This document shows, piece after piece, positions 12,261 to 26,638 of a stretch of 64,000 nucleotides of DNA (position 1 is the stretch's first letter; the number at the start of each line of letters is the position of its first letter). Source of the DNA: Eledone cirrhosa (Eukaryota); NCBI GenBank assembly GCA_964016885.1, contig OZ024741.1:77004001-77068000 (forward strand), read 5' to 3'. The position numbers and the translations under genes are program-made. The notes under the pieces were generated by a model. It was not told the origin of the DNA, searched no databases, and saw nothing but the letters and a program-made list of their open reading frames with translations.

Positions 12261-13639
12261 GATAAATTTAATTGATAACACACAAAAAACTCGAAGGAAA
12301 AAAAAAATGTATTTCTCCACTGAAATTGGTGGCAGTGTTTTTCTATAACCCCCCGCTCCACATATATATATATACTTAAGCAAGCGCCTATGTACATAGT
12401 TTGTTAAAATCTCAATAAAATATTGTTTTACAGTTTTTAATTAAAGCTCAGTTTTCACACCCACCTTGTGTACGACGTGCGCAGTGTATGAAATAAGCCA
12501 TGCCTTCAATTAATTACCTCATTTGAGTATATATTTCGTTCTCCGTCCATTAAGTTGACTATAAAACCCGATGGACAACCGGGTGGGAGCTTAGTCGTTT
12601 TTTTTCGTTAAGGAACTGGGAGACAGAAATCAGGAAGCAGCCAACCAACTTGCTTTATATATATTTCCAGCGTGCAAATGACAAAGAAAAATATGTAGAT
12701 CAGAGAAAAAAATAACAAAAAAACACACAAAAGAATTGCGTCAATCAAAACAAATCGAGGGAGAAAAGAAATAAAAAAAAAGAAATTAAATGAAGTCAAG
12801 TGAAAGCCGAAATATTGAATTATGGCCCTTATAGAAAACGGTAAGGTGTCTTTTATAGTTTCAAGTTTTGGGTTTGTTTTATTCCAAGTCAATCTTGTTC
12901 AAGAAGGCTTATAATCAAAGCAATTTGAATCACATTCATCCAGTTATTTTAGGATTATCTAGATATACTGACCCCTTTCTATGACCATAGGCTGTAATTT
13001 GAGGGAATTTTGGCTGCTATTTCTAGTTGGTCGAACGACCTCGTGGAATCTCCCTAATTGGTTTACAGTTTCATGTATTCATTTATTAAGACTGTCTGGT
13101 GTAAGATGTGTGAGTATCCAAGATGTTATTATATTGCTTTGAATTATGTTCCTTCGTAGTTTGTTGATAAAACTTCCGTCAACAACCGCTTACGTTGTTC
13201 CTATTATTGTTTAGCCCTAAGTCAGCCTATTAATATAACTGTTCTAGTTGTGACCATCTCGTCTTTTTTTTTACGAAAATAGTTTTGTATTTAGGATTAG
13301 ATTATTACTTGTTATTTAGAATAGTAGGGTGGGATATCTGGGAGATTTGGCTGTTATTTCTAGCCAGTTGACAGGTCATGGTGAGGTTCACTTGTCTCGA
13401 CCGCTTACGTACTTTATGTAAATATATCGTCTTGGCAATTTTCAGAACTCTCACGTTGCAGATTGTCTGGCAAGGATATAGAGTAGAGTCAAAAGTGGCC
13501 GGCAGTATAATGGAACTGAATAAAACTATAGTTTAGTGCCCCCTCACGAAAGTGACATTTTATTAGCATTATTTGAAAATCAAGAAAAAAATTATTAATG
13601 ATGATTTTTATTATTTTTGCCGAGCTGGCTATTAGCGCA

Positions 13640-15880
13640 AATGGCTATCGATCATTAACAACAACAAGACAGACAGCATCACCACTACTGCGACGAATTC
13701 CCTCACTAAATTTCCCACATACCACCCGATCACCCTTCATATCCACTCCCTGCTCGATCTCACTCTCCAGACACAAGCAGACTATTTTCACCATCCTACG
13801 GAGACAAATGAGGACACAACAATTCATTAAAAAAAGACTTATGAGAGAAGAACCTTGTATACCTCCATTCTGATAAAGGGGAAATAGTTCTGTGTTGTCT
13901 CCCGTGAGACATACAACAACCTGGCAATTGAACACCTCAGCAACATTGGACTATACTCAGAAACGACAGACATAATCACAACCCAGATCGAAGGCCACAT
14001 TAACACTGCTTAGACTGATATCTGCAGACGGAGTCATCTTGCCAACAAATACAAAAATAACTTCACCTATAGGAATAGCAGACTACCTACATAAAACCCC
14101 CACAAAACCGGTACTGAACTCTAGTTTAGGCCATTGCATAGAAAAACCCTTCTATAAAATCTCCTGGCTCCTTTCCCAGATTCTCAAGCCTATACTTTCC
14201 AGCTTTCCTGGACATGTCGGCAGCTCTGATAAGGTCATACACAGACTCCTCCAACTATCACCAGAACAACTTAAATGAAATAGATGCACCTTTAGCCTCG
14301 ATGTTGTCTCCCTTTACACATCAGTACCCATCCACCCAGCAGTCAACCTAATGACTGACTGCATCATTTCTTCTAACCTATACTGCTTCAGACTTACTGC
14401 ATCCAAGATTCACCAACTCCTATTCATCATCGTGGATAACACTTCACTTTGTAACCACACACACAAGCAAATAACAGGTTTACCCATGAGATCCAGTCTT
14501 TCAGGCCTACTAACCATCAACTACATGCAGAGGCGTATCTAAGGTATGGCACATGCCAGGGGCGCCACTTGAAAGAGGGCGCTACCTGTCCTTACTCCAC
14601 TTATAACTAAGGATAACAGAAGATGGTGACCTCTACATCAACTTCTACAGGAAAGTCTCCTGCAGAAACCTGTTTGTTCATTACAAATTGTCCCTCTCCC
14701 TTGGTGCTAAAACCAGATAGATAAGGAAGGAATTCACATCTATCCGGAACAAATGCAGCAAGGTGGAAGACTGGATCGCCTACACCACACACTTCCTAGA
14801 AGTATTTGAGACCAACAGACACCCAACACCCACTGCAAGTTGTCTTAGCAGCCCCAAATACCAGAAATATAAGATCTCCAATACCTGCTTCCTGAAATTA
14901 GTGTACTTCAGTGAAAAATTAACCCCAGTCACACACAGGGAGGGACTAGATATACAATTATCCCATTCTGGCCATTCTCTACAAGGACACCTATAGAAAA
15001 AATGACCTAAGGAAAACAACAGCATGTTGCAAACTGCCCTATTCGTGACACAGGTATGTGACAGCAGGCACATGTGATATACCACATTCAAAGTGACAAA
15101 TGCAGGGATGTTTACATTGACAGTACCATTAAACTACTTCATACCTGCATTAGAGAACATCGCAACACACTCACATCTTCCTTCAGCAAACACTTAGACA
15201 AATGCAAAAACAACAGCAAAGACATAACAGTTACCAGTGAAGCCAAGGATAGGAACATAGGCAACCTTAGAATCAAAGAAGCAATACTAATAGCTAAGTT
15301 TAACCCACAAATCAGCAACAGATTAGAACTCAGCATGCAATACTTAACATAAAAGCACACACAAAACTTTTGACATAATAATGCATACATGCATAATAGC
15401 CAAATCAAATAGACAATACAACTAGACATAACATTTGACACAAACATGCACGTACACACACAGCCCAAACACAACTCAATCCAGAATAGCTAAAATATTC
15501 AAACTATTACAACTGACACAACATTTGCATCTAAAAAAGAAAATTTGACATAAAATACATAAACAAAAGTGCACAATATTTGATAGGAACACGCACACAC
15601 AACATTATACACATGTCAGTCCACAGATGATGTCATCCTCCCATTATTTCTGGCAGCTATAACTAGACCATCGCTTGCAAACAAAATAAGTAATTTGTCG
15701 AGCCTACAACAAAAGCACAAAGTTTGAACCAGTTTCTTATTATAGTCTTCTGATGAAGGGATTTTTGTCTTGAAATATTAGGTAACAAACAAATAACAAG
15801 TGACACACAAATATCTTCATTGCCTGCAATTTATTCAAAAATTTACCATCCATTTTGCATTGTCATAGCCTTCAAATAAC
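13640..15880 (+). mobile_element. Degraded Penelope-like element (RT + GIY-YIG)
   Basis: DKG, SLDVVSLYTSVP, GLPMRSSLSGLL, IYHIQSDKCRDVYIDST...IREH...IKEAILI; 3' hammerhead motif. Confidence 0.8.
15746..15783 (+). ncRNA. Minimal type I hammerhead motif in PLE 3' repeat
   Basis: ctt-CTGATGA-aggg..tctt-GAAA-ta-TT-agg; weak G-U-rich stem II. Confidence 0.5.
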
Positions 15881-16424
15881 ATACTATGATTTTATTACTG
15901 ATTTCTTTCAATCTGTGTTTATAGTAGGCTTAACGTAAACTTTGATAGTGTTTAATGCCTTGGTTTAATTAGAAACAACCATCAAGTATTAAAGATCAAC
16001 TTAGCATTATAAGTGTTTTATTTATAAGTTATGTATATTACACGTAAATAAAATATTAACAAATGACTGAAACTCCCCAAATGAAATATTTTATACATTT
16101 ATATTTTGAGGATAAGCAATTTTTTTTGTACAGTATGCTGCTTTCTCTCTCTCTCTCACACACACATGCACGCTCTTACCATCCTCTTTCCAAAGTATGA
16201 CCAAAGTTTTAAAAAGTAATCCCACTACTCTCTCTTTCACACAAACGCTCTTACCATACTCTCCACAAAGGTGTGAAATTAAAAAAATATAAAATTTTGG
16301 TGTTTGTTGCTGCCTCCATCGTTATGGTTTTCTCCCGCTATTGCACATACACATTTTTACAATCTTCTTTCTACAATGTGATCAACAATTTACACCTCAC
16401 ATAATCTATCATTAGTACTTTAAT

Positions 16425-16620
16425 ATAATTGTTTCTACTTTTGGCACAAGGCCAGCAATTATCCCAGTGCATTACTGGTACTTTATTTTATTGACCCCGT
16501 AAGGATGAAAGGCAAAGTTAACTTCGGCGGGATTTGAACTCGGTATGGAAAGGGCTGTAACTCTATGCGTCAAAGCATGGCGTCCAACCCTCTACCGATA
16601 CTGCCAATCCACCGGATTGT
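16425..16620 (-). mobile_element. tRNA-derived SINE family 3 (Meta-domain-like); related copies at ~20505-20690 (+), 41090-41230 (+), 48940-49075 (-) and 62890-63270 (-)
   Basis: gagttcaaatcccgcc..actttgccttcatcctt..ggttgataaaataaagtacc motif. Confidence 0.65.
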
Positions 16621-19600
16621 ACTTGATCTTTTGTCAGTCTGTCACACTAACACTACAAAATCTTCTAAAATTTCTATTTAGAATTCATGGAATACAAATG
16701 TAAAAAAAAAAATAAGTTGCAGGCAATTTTCTAATGGTTAAGCAGGATAAAGTTGGGATTGGGTTAATGAATGAATGCAGGGTTTTGGTTTTGTTGATGC
16801 TGGTTGTTGAGAATGTGCTTTATTTTGATGTGTCTCTATATTGGTTCAAGTTTGTTGAAGTTATATGGTTGGAGATTAATTCTGATGATTTTTTTCTGAT
16901 TAAGTGTATACAATGCCAATTATGTAATAGGGTAGTAGTCACTGAAGAGTAATATAGAAACTACATAATATGGTGGCTGCAGACTGATGATGACTCTCAC
17001 ACCCATACCAATAATTTGTGCAGATTGGTTATTGTTATGCTTTGGCTTGTGAGTGGGATTGTGTGCAGGTTTATGGATTACATTTGTTTGGTGTAGATTT
17101 GTTTGCATTCAACTTAAGGCAATTGACGATCAGTTATAAACAAACACATTATCTCTAATTCTTGATTTCTTTCTTACCTTCTTTCTTTCTCTTTTCCACT
17201 CAACCTCATTTCAACCCCACCTGCTTTGTAGCAGCTTCAAAAATATGACCAATTTCCATTCTATAATGCTTCAAGCAAACTACAGTACTCTCATACACAC
17301 ACACATATACACATACTTACATGCATGTGTGTGTGTGTGTTATAATTCACAAACATAGATTTGTTAAAATTTAGTAAAGTAACCAAATATCACTTATTCC
17401 CTCCTTAAAACAATGTGTTATGTACAAATAAAGAATGACATTTAGAATAATGTAGATTTTGTATAGGAACATAAATGTCATTTATACAAGGGATTGCGGG
17501 AGAAAAAAAAAATTATTTCTTTTTCTTTTCATCAACATAATCGTAATAGGCACCTCTGAAAAGTTAACTTTGAAAAATACATTATTAAAGAAGTTATGAG
17601 GAAATAAACCTGCAGTTATGGAGTTTGTTGAATCCCCATAGGTTTTGACAATGGGTGTTTCAATTTTTTGAACAACAGAGTAGCTTTCTTTGGAAATAAT
17701 CTGCAAGTGGCTGAGCATTCCACAAACGTGTACATCTTTAACGTAGTTCTCAAAGAGATTTAGCACAACACAGTATGTGATAAGACTGGCCCTTTGAATT
17801 ATAGGTACAACTCACTTTTGCCAGCTGAATGGCCTGGAGCAATGTGAAATATCTTGCTGAATACCATTATCTGATTTTTTGCCAAATTCTGAATGATCTA
17901 TTTGTGAAAAAATTATTTTCTTAATTGTTATTCATAGACAAAGAAAATGATTATATGAAATAGTAATGGCGAATCCAATACAGGAATGTCATAATAACCT
18001 TATCTTTGTTAGTATAATGTTAGGTTAATGACCTTGTGTAGGTATACAGAGAATAGATTGTCTGAAGTTTACGTACCTCAATATTTGTCTTTTATATTAT
18101 CCAATTTCCCTTTTATATTAAATTTGCTTTCATTATTGTTGGCTATTTTTATAGGATTGACTTTTGTTTATTATAAATAAAAAAAAAACAATATTGTAAT
18201 TTGTTTTCACCTTATCTAAATAATCTCTCCTAGGTTTGTGACATCAAGCTGGAAACAATTGCAGGCAAAAAGGTTCCTATATGTGGTCACTCGACACACT
18301 AGAAATAGCAGCTAGTTTTCCCTCAAATCGTACCATACAATCTATAGAACAAAGAGCTACTATATATTAGATATTCTAGTTTTAAATACAATGTCTGATT
18401 AAAAAACAGAATTACAATGGCTGGAACGGCTTTGATCATAGGTCTATTTGATCAGTGCTGACTTAGGGTGAAACAGCAACTACAGTCACATAGTCAATTG
18501 CACATTCGAAGAACAAATTGTCAACTCTTACCCCTTTCACTAAACCACTTGTTACTCGATCCAAGTTGTGTTTTCCCTAATGAAATTATACCTGAATTTC
18601 ATTTTCTATTTCGCAATTGAATCAATTTGCCAGATGCATGTATATATTTGTTGGAGATGTGAGGGGAAGAACAAGAGACGAAGGCTGGTTATAGTTAGCT
18701 TGATGGGTCACAACATAGGCATATGTGTGTTAGAGATGCACAGAGGGAGGCAACGAAGGAGAAGAATGCAGAGAATATGATAATTTTGCTATGAGAAACA
18801 TGTATGCATTCCAGTGCCACAGACGAGATAACTTGCCCTAACATGTTTGAATTCCTTTCCAACAGTTCATAACTTCAATGTTATGAACTTGTTTCCAACA
18901 GTTTATGACTTCAAAGCTAGATGGGGTTACTAGTTTATTGATGTGATGTTTGTCAATCATTCAGATATGTGTTGTTAATAAATGTTTGTTTTAAAAAATA
19001 GTAATTTTATTGGATAAAATCTGGGCACACAACTGTAGCTGTGTAAAATATACGTGACAGTCAACAGGTTAAACACTTGGATGTGCTGTGGTTCTGCATT
19101 TGTTTAAGTTTGTCTCCAAATAATTAAGGACAGCCAGCAGGTAAATCCACAATTATTGTTGTTATTGACTGGAGGCAAGGAAGGCACATCTCATTTGGAC
19201 TCTGGATTTTCTAAGCAAATGTGCCATGTTTTTCATGAATGGAAATTTCCTTCTGTAAATATTTTTTGACAGTTGCCTAGAGAAGCACACCTGTTACCCT
19301 TTGGTAAATTTTTTCAGTTTCCTTTACACACCTTCCACTGTAAGTGGGGGAGAAATTCCATATTTTGAAAATTTTCATTTTTTACTTTAAAAAAAAATAT
19401 ATGGGGAAAAAAATCATAGTCTTTGACATGGAAGAAGATGAGGAAAAGAGAGGGGGAGAGATATCATTAGGAATGAAGAGAGAGTAAAGGACAGTGTTTC
19501 ACTTGATGCTGATGCAAATGACAGCACTGTAACCATGACAACAAATTGTAAAATTGTAGCACTATAGCAACAGTAACAACAACAACAACAAATCTAATAG

Positions 19601-20113
19601 AAGTAATAGAAAACAATACATTGATGATAAACCACAACAGTTACTTTTGTTATGACAAAAATGAATTTTTTTGCTTTGCCAGACACAAAGGTGAACAACA
19701 ACAATAACAGGGGCAATGAAAGCAAGAACAAAGGTGGGAAAAGGAAATATTTAATGGTGACAATGACAACCTTATCTCTTTACCAGACAAACTATTTCTG
19801 GTCTGGGGACTATGGATAATTATCAGAAATCCTTGGTCTGCCAGTGCTACTGAAGTGGGTGGGAACTAACTTTTTGAGACAATCTCTACATGTTCAGAAA
19901 TGCTGTCAAATGGGTCTGTCCAAATTGTGCACTGTGTGATTATGAAACTTGTTTGCATGCATTGCTGATTTGCAGAGCTATGTTGAACAGCTGTTGTCAC
20001 ATGTAGGATGGATCCAACTATTAGCTGACTTTATTGTGAATATTGCCCCCACCATTTTCCTTTTTGGCTGAGAAGGGTAGACAGTTTTTGTCTGTCTGGA
20101 GATTGTGTGGTGG

Positions 20114-20211
20114 ATGAGTCTAAAAGGACTGAAGACAGACACATTCCTCATCAGACAAGCCCTCTTCGATTTTCTCAAGTGCTACTTGGAAATGAAGATG
20201 AGAGTAGAGAG
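20114..20211 (+). CDS. disp: Candidate first coding exon of dispatched (ATG at 20114 or 20192)
   Basis: Strong donor AG|gtaagt in phase 2 joins 34791 to give ..MKMRVES-YARLL, resembling DISP1 KSYAAL; no independent homology support. Confidence 0.4.
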
Positions 20212-20694
20212 GTAAGTGTAACCCCTCAGTAAATTTGTTAAAAGATGAGTTAATGTAGCGAGAATTATCCAAGTGAATAGGTCTTGCCTATGGTGTTCTT
20301 GGTGATTGGGATGATCTTGGACCTGCAGGGATGCTTAATTACAGCTATTGGGAGAATCTGTTATTTGTTTGTTTTCAATTTCATGTAAATCCCCACTGAC
20401 TCTGTTGGATTTTCCTCAATGTTTTCAACCTTTGTGGGCCAATAAAGAACTTTTTCTCCCCCCCCCCCCCCTCCTCCTCCTCACTGCCATTATTATTATT
20501 ATTGGCAGTATCGGTAGACCATGAGACACCATGCTTTGCAGCATAGGAGTTATGACCGTTTATGTTCTGAGTTCAAATCCCGCCAGGTTAACTTTGCCTT
20601 CATCCTTACAGGGTTGATAAAATAAAGTACCAGTAATGCACTGGAATAATTGCTTGCCTTGTGCCAAAAGTAGAAACATTATTATTTTTATTGT

Positions 20695-20809
20695 GCATTA
20701 TTACTGCTTTACCGAGCATAGCTGTGCACCTTGGGTATGAGCAGTGTAGTTTTTGCTGATGTTGTTTCTATTGTATTGATAATACTTTTCGTAATATGTG
20801 TGCAGTGCC
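20695..20809 (-). mobile_element. R4/Dong-like (REL-endonuclease) LINE extreme 3' end
   Basis: Minus strand reads GTAHILRKVLSIQ*; embedded in (TAA)n repeats. Confidence 0.55.
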
Positions 20810-21044
20810 TATTATTATTATTATTATTAAGGTCACTGGTATTTTGGCTTGAGCTGTTTCTCCACCTCCAAGATGTAGGCTATCATCCAATATCTACAGT
20901 TTAATATTGTCCCACACCAGCTATCAGCTTCCAAGTTGATACCAGTTAACGGAAACCAAACCTGTTACATCTAGGAAAATGACCAACTGGTAAAAGTATA
21001 AATTTCTTACATGCATGCACACACATAAGCATATATACACATAT

Positions 21045-21485
21045 AATAATAATAATAATGAAATTATTGTGTACAGTGCTCAGGTACACAACAACCCATC
21101 AAAGGTTCATGTATAGTACATAAAATAATATACAAATGTCAGAAAAGTGAACAGTGCATGAGTCATGATATACATATGTGTGTGTGTGTATGGAGGGGGT
21201 ATATCAGGCTTAGTGTTGGCGAATTTCAGGAAGCATGGAGGTTTTAAAAGGTGGAATGTCTCGGCAGCTAACAATTGATGCAGGTAGTCTGTTCCATGCT
21301 TCAGCAACTCTGAGCATGAAAAAATGTTCCCAAAGGTCATGGGAGCTGTGCTGTTTTCTGACTTTGTAGGCATGCCCACGTGTGTTAGACACATGAAATT
21401 CAAAAAGGTACTCAGAGTTGTTGTTGGCAAGATGGTTAATAATTTTGTAGGTGTCTCTCCTTTGTTCTGCACTACACCATCTTGT
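21045..21485 (-). mobile_element. CR1-like LINE 3' end
   Basis: TRGHAYKV...FFMLRVAEAWNRLPASIV; (TTA)n-type tail. Confidence 0.8.
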
Positions 21486-21747
21486 AGGACTGAACAAAGG
21501 AGAGACACAAAATAAAAACCTAGCCACTGGGGAGGTCACAGAATGTATGACAAAAGAGCTTTGACAATATATAAACAACCTTCTGGTTATCGAACCAACC
21601 AACCAACCGTAACTTTATGATAAATTGAAATGAAAACCAACAGGTACATGTGTTTTTATTGGCAGCATGACCCTCCCCAATGTATAACAATATATATATA
21701 TGTATATATATATGTGTATATATATATATGTGTATATATATATATAT

Positions 21748-23769
21748 CTGGTTCGGTGGGACACACCATGGTCACCCGGATAGTTAACCAAGTCGTACAG
21801 AATGGGGTTGTTCCGAAGGACTGGCGTAGCAGCATCATCGTTAACTGCTATAAGGGAAAAGGAGATGCCCTAGATAGGAGTAACTATAGAGGCATTAAAT
21901 TAATCGACCAGGTCATGAAGGTCACGGAAAAAGTAATAGCGCAACTAATCAGAAAGAGAATTGATCTAGATGAAATGCAGTTCGGGTTTGTGTCAGGCAA
22001 AAGTACCACAGACGCTCTTTTCATTGTACGACAACTACAGGAGAAGTACCTAGCTAAAAGTAAACCCCTATACTTAGCTTTCGTCGACTTGGAGAAAGCC
22101 TTCGACAGAGTCCCCCGTTCCATTATCTGGTGGTCTCTTAGAAAACTAGGTGTTGACGAATGGCTTGTGAGAGCTATACAAGCCATGTATAAAGAAACAG
22201 TCAGTAAGGTTAGAATTAACAACGAATATAGTGAAGAGTTTAGCGTAAAAGTTGGTGTCCATCAGGGCTCTGTTCTTAGCCCCCCTACTATTTATTATTG
22301 CCCTTCAGGCTATAACAGAGGAGTTCAAGACCGGTTGCCCATGGGAACTCCTATACGCAGATGATCTAACGCTCATAGCTGAATCAATGACCGAACTAGA
22401 GAAGAAATTCCAAACATGGAAGCACGGCCTAGAATCAAAAGGCCTTAAAATTAACCTGGCTAAGACTAAAGTTCTAGTTTGTAGGAAAGAAAATAAGGCG
22501 GCAGTCCCATCTGGGAAATGGCCATGCTCAGTGTGTAGGAAAGGCGTAGGTAGAAACTCCATTTTATGTCCCAAATGCAAAGTATGGGTGCATAAAAGAT
22601 GTAGTGGGATCACAGGTAAGCTAACTAAGAACATAGATTTTACATGTGGCCGGTGCTCTGGTGCAATAAGTATCAGTAAGTGCCCACAAAATACTAGCTC
22701 CTTCAACTGCGCAGAGGGTTCTATAGAAATAGTGGACAGCTTCCGTTACCTGGGTGACAAAATCAGCAGTGGGGGAGGGTGCTCTGAAAGTACAGTAGCT
22801 AGAGTCAGAACTGGATGGAAAAAGTTCAGAGAGCTTATACCACTATTAGCCGCTAGAGGGTTCTCCCTAAAAATGAAAGGCAGGTTATACGATGCCTGCA
22901 TACGAACAGCAATGCTGCATGGCAGTGAGACCTGGGCATTGTGTGCAGAGGATATACGCAGACTAGAGAGGAACGAAGCTTGCATGCTCCGCTGGATGTG
23001 CAATAGTAATATACGTGAACGGCAAAGCATAAACGAACTAAGGAAAAAATTAGAAATAAGAGGGATCAGATGTTGTTTACTCGAGAGAAGGCTACGTTGG
23101 TACGGTCACGTGATGCGCATGAAAGACGACAGCTGTATAACAAAGTGCAGGGCAATAAAGATAAACGGTAGCCACGGAGTAGGCAAACCCAGAAAAACAT
23201 GGGACGAGCTGATAAATTCCGACCTCACACGCTTACACCTCTCCAAGACAATGTCACTGGACCGAGACCTTTGGCGGTACTCAGTAATAGAGAAGACCCG
23301 CCTTACCTAAATACAAAGTAAAAACCTACTACAGTCAGTAGGCATCTCTATCAAAACACCCCCCCCGTCCCACCACCTCCACCCCATCCACACCGCCCCT
23401 TTCAATGTACAGTTATGTTGGTCCCACAACATCCAGGCCGAAACAAATGAGATCGTGTAGGTGTCACGATAAAAAAACACACAGTCCACGCTGTAAATGT
23501 GGTTGGTGTTAGGAAGGGCATCCAGCTGTAGAAAACCCGCCAGACAGTCCACGCTGTAATGTGGCCGTGTAGGCAACACGGTAAAAACCTCCCAGCCCCA
23601 CACTGTAAATGTGGTTGGTGTTAGGAAGGGCATCCAACTGTAGAAAACCCGCCAGACAGTCCTATGCGAGCAAGACAACCACTCTTGCCTCAAGTGGGAA
23701 AACCCCCGTCCAAACCCATGCAAGCGTGGAACACGGACGCTAAACCTGATGATGATGATGATGATGATG
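21748..23769 (+). mobile_element. RTE LINE copy A, 5' truncated, one frameshift near 22280
   Basis: FVDLEKAFDRVPR, GVHQGSVLSP, LYADD, RRLRWYGHVMR; 3' UTR ending (GAT)n. Confidence 0.95.
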
Positions 23770-23796
23770 TGTATGTATATATATATGTGTATATAT

Positions 23797-23862
<66 letters not shown>

Positions 23863-23863
23863 G

Positions 23864-26240
23864 TGTGGCGGGATGGGGGAAGCAGAGAAGACTATCAAGT
23901 GGCCAGGAGGGAAGCTAGGAGACAAGTGTACTTCGCAAGAAGGGAAGCAGAGGAAAGAAAGTTCAAGCATGTTCTACAACGCGAGGACCAAAAACGTGAG
24001 GTGTTCAGGATTGCTAGGCAATGTGTCAAGGAAAACCGTGATATTGTCGGGGAGAAGTGTGTACTTAATGATGACGGCGTACTTGCCATCACCGATGCTG
24101 ATAAGAAGGTAGCTTGGAAGTGTCACTATGAAAGGCTTCTAAATGAGGAGAATAAATGGGAGAAAGACAGTCTCCCCCACATCGACCCAATAGAGGGACC
24201 AGCAGTGTTAGTTGAGGGTAGTATAATAAGTAAGGCAATCAAAGATATGAAGACGGGTAAGGCGGCTGGGCCTTCGGAAATAGTTGCCGAGATGCTGAAG
24301 GCATCTGGCGCGGTGGGACACACCATGGTCACCCGGATAGTTAACCAAGTCGTATAGAATGGGGTTGTTCCGAAGGACTGGCGTAGCAGCATCATCGTTA
24401 ACTGTTATAAGGGTAAAGGAGATGCCCTAGATAGGAGTAACAATAGAGGCATTAAATTAATCGACCAGGTCATGAAGGTCATGGAAAAAGTAATAGCGCA
24501 ACTAATCAGAGAGAGAATTGATCCAGATGAAATGCAGTTCGGGTTTGTGTCAGGCAAAAGTACCACAGACGCTCTTTTCATTGTACGACAACTACAGGAG
24601 AAGTACCTAGCTAAAAGTAAACCCCTATACTTAGCTTTTGTCGACTTGGAGAAACCCTTCGACAGAGTCCCCCGTTCCATTATCTGGTGGGCTCTTAGAA
24701 AACTAGGTGTTGACGAATGGCTTCTGAGAGCTATACAAGCCATGTATAAAGAAACAGTGAGCAAGGTTAGAATTAACAACGAATATAGTGAAGAGTTTAG
24801 CGTAAAAGTTGGCGTCCATCAGGGCTCTGTTCTCAGCCCCCTACTATTTATTATTGCCCTTCAGGCTATAACAGAGGAGTTCAAGACCGGTTGCCCATGG
24901 GAACTCCTATACGCAGATGACCTAACACTCATAGCTGAATCAATGGCCGAGCTAGAGAAGAAATTCCAAACATGGAAGCACGGCCTAGAATCAAAAGGCC
25001 TTAAAATTAACCTGGCTAAGACTAAAGTTCTAGTTTGTAAGAAAGAAAATAAGGCGGTGGTCCCTTCCGGGAAGTGGCCATGCTCAGTGTGTAGGAAAGG
25101 CGTAGGTAGAAACTCCATTTTGTGTCCCAAATGCAAAGTATGGGTGCATAAAAGATGTAGTGGGATCACAGGTAAGCTAACTAAGAACATAGATTTTACA
25201 TGTGGCCGGTGCTCTGGTGCAATAAGTAGCAGTAAGTGCCCACAAAATACTAGCTCTTTCAACTGCGCAGAGGGTTCTATAGAAATAGTGGACAGCTTCC
25301 GTTACCTGGGTGACAAAATCAGCAGTGGGGGAGGGTGCTCTGAAAGTACAGTAGCTAGAGTCAGAACTGGATGGAAAAAGTTCAGAGAGCTTATACCACT
25401 ATTAGCCGCTAAAGGGTTCTCCCTAAAAATGAAAGGCAGGTTGTACGATGCCTGCATACGAACAGCAATGTTGCATGGCAGTGAGACCTGGGCATTGTGT
25501 GCAGAGGATATACGCAGACTAGAGAGGAACGAAGCTTGCATGCTCCGCTGGATGTGTAATAGTAATATACGTGAACGGCAAAGCATAAACGAACTAAGGA
25601 AAAAATTAGAAATAAGAGGGATCAGATGTTGTTTACTCGAGAGAAGGCTACGTTGGTATGGTCACATGATGCGCATGAAAGACGATAGCTGTATAACAAA
25701 GTGCAGGGCAATAAAGATAGACGGTAGCCACGGAATAGGCAGACCCAGAAAAACCTGGGACGAGCTGATAAATTCCGACCTCACACACTTACACCTCACC
25801 AAGACAATGTCACTTTGGCGGTACTCAGTAATAGAGAAGACCCGCCTTACCTAAATACAAAGTAAAACCTACTACAGTCAGTAGGCATCTCTAACAAAAT
25901 ACACCCCCGTCCCACCACCCCCACCCCATCCACACCGCCCCTTTCAATGTAAACTAATGTTGGTGCCACAACATCCAGGCCGAAACAAATGAGATCGTGT
26001 AGGTGTCACGTCAAAAAACACACAGTTCACGCTGTAATGTGGCCGTGTAGGCAACACGGTAAAAACCTCCCAGCCCCACACTGTAAATGTGGTTGGTGTT
26101 AGGAAGGGCATCCAGCTGTAGAAAACCCGTCAGACAGTCCTATGCGAGCAAGATAATCACTCTTGACTCAAGTGGGAAACCCCCGTCCAAACCCATGCAA
26201 GCGTGGAACACGGACGTTAAACGTTGATGATGATGATGAT
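23864..26240 (+). mobile_element. RTE LINE copy B, 5' truncated, premature TAG at 24355-24357
   Basis: ORFs 23749-24357 and 24472-25854 are in one frame; near-identical to copy A. Confidence 0.95.
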
Positions 26241-26261
26241 GTGTATATATATATATATGTG

Positions 26262-26294
<33 letters not shown>

Positions 26295-26298
26295 GTAT

Positions 26299-26638
26299 CA
26301 GGGGCGAAGGGTCCGTGCATGCAGTGCATGCGTTATAGAATCTTGAGTTGATCAATTGCGTCGGTTGAAGCAAGCAGAATTTTGGCTGCTTACTAAAACG
26401 TATAGACATAAAAATAGATAACACACACATACACACACACGACAGCTTTGGGGCAAGCAGAATTTTGACTGCTTACTAAATCGTAGGCACATGAAAAGAT
26501 AACTCACACACACTAGTTAACACTACATGCGGCTTTGACCGGGCGGGTCATTTAGAGGGAATTGTGGGGGCACAGCCCCACTTTCCGCCATGGTGATTGG
26601 ACTGCATGCCTTGCTTTCCAGGTTACCCTTCGCCACTG
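26299..26638. mobile_element. hAT-type MITE
   Basis: TIRs caggggcgaagggt / acccttcgccactg; 8-bp TSD atatgtat/atgtgtat. Confidence 0.75.
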
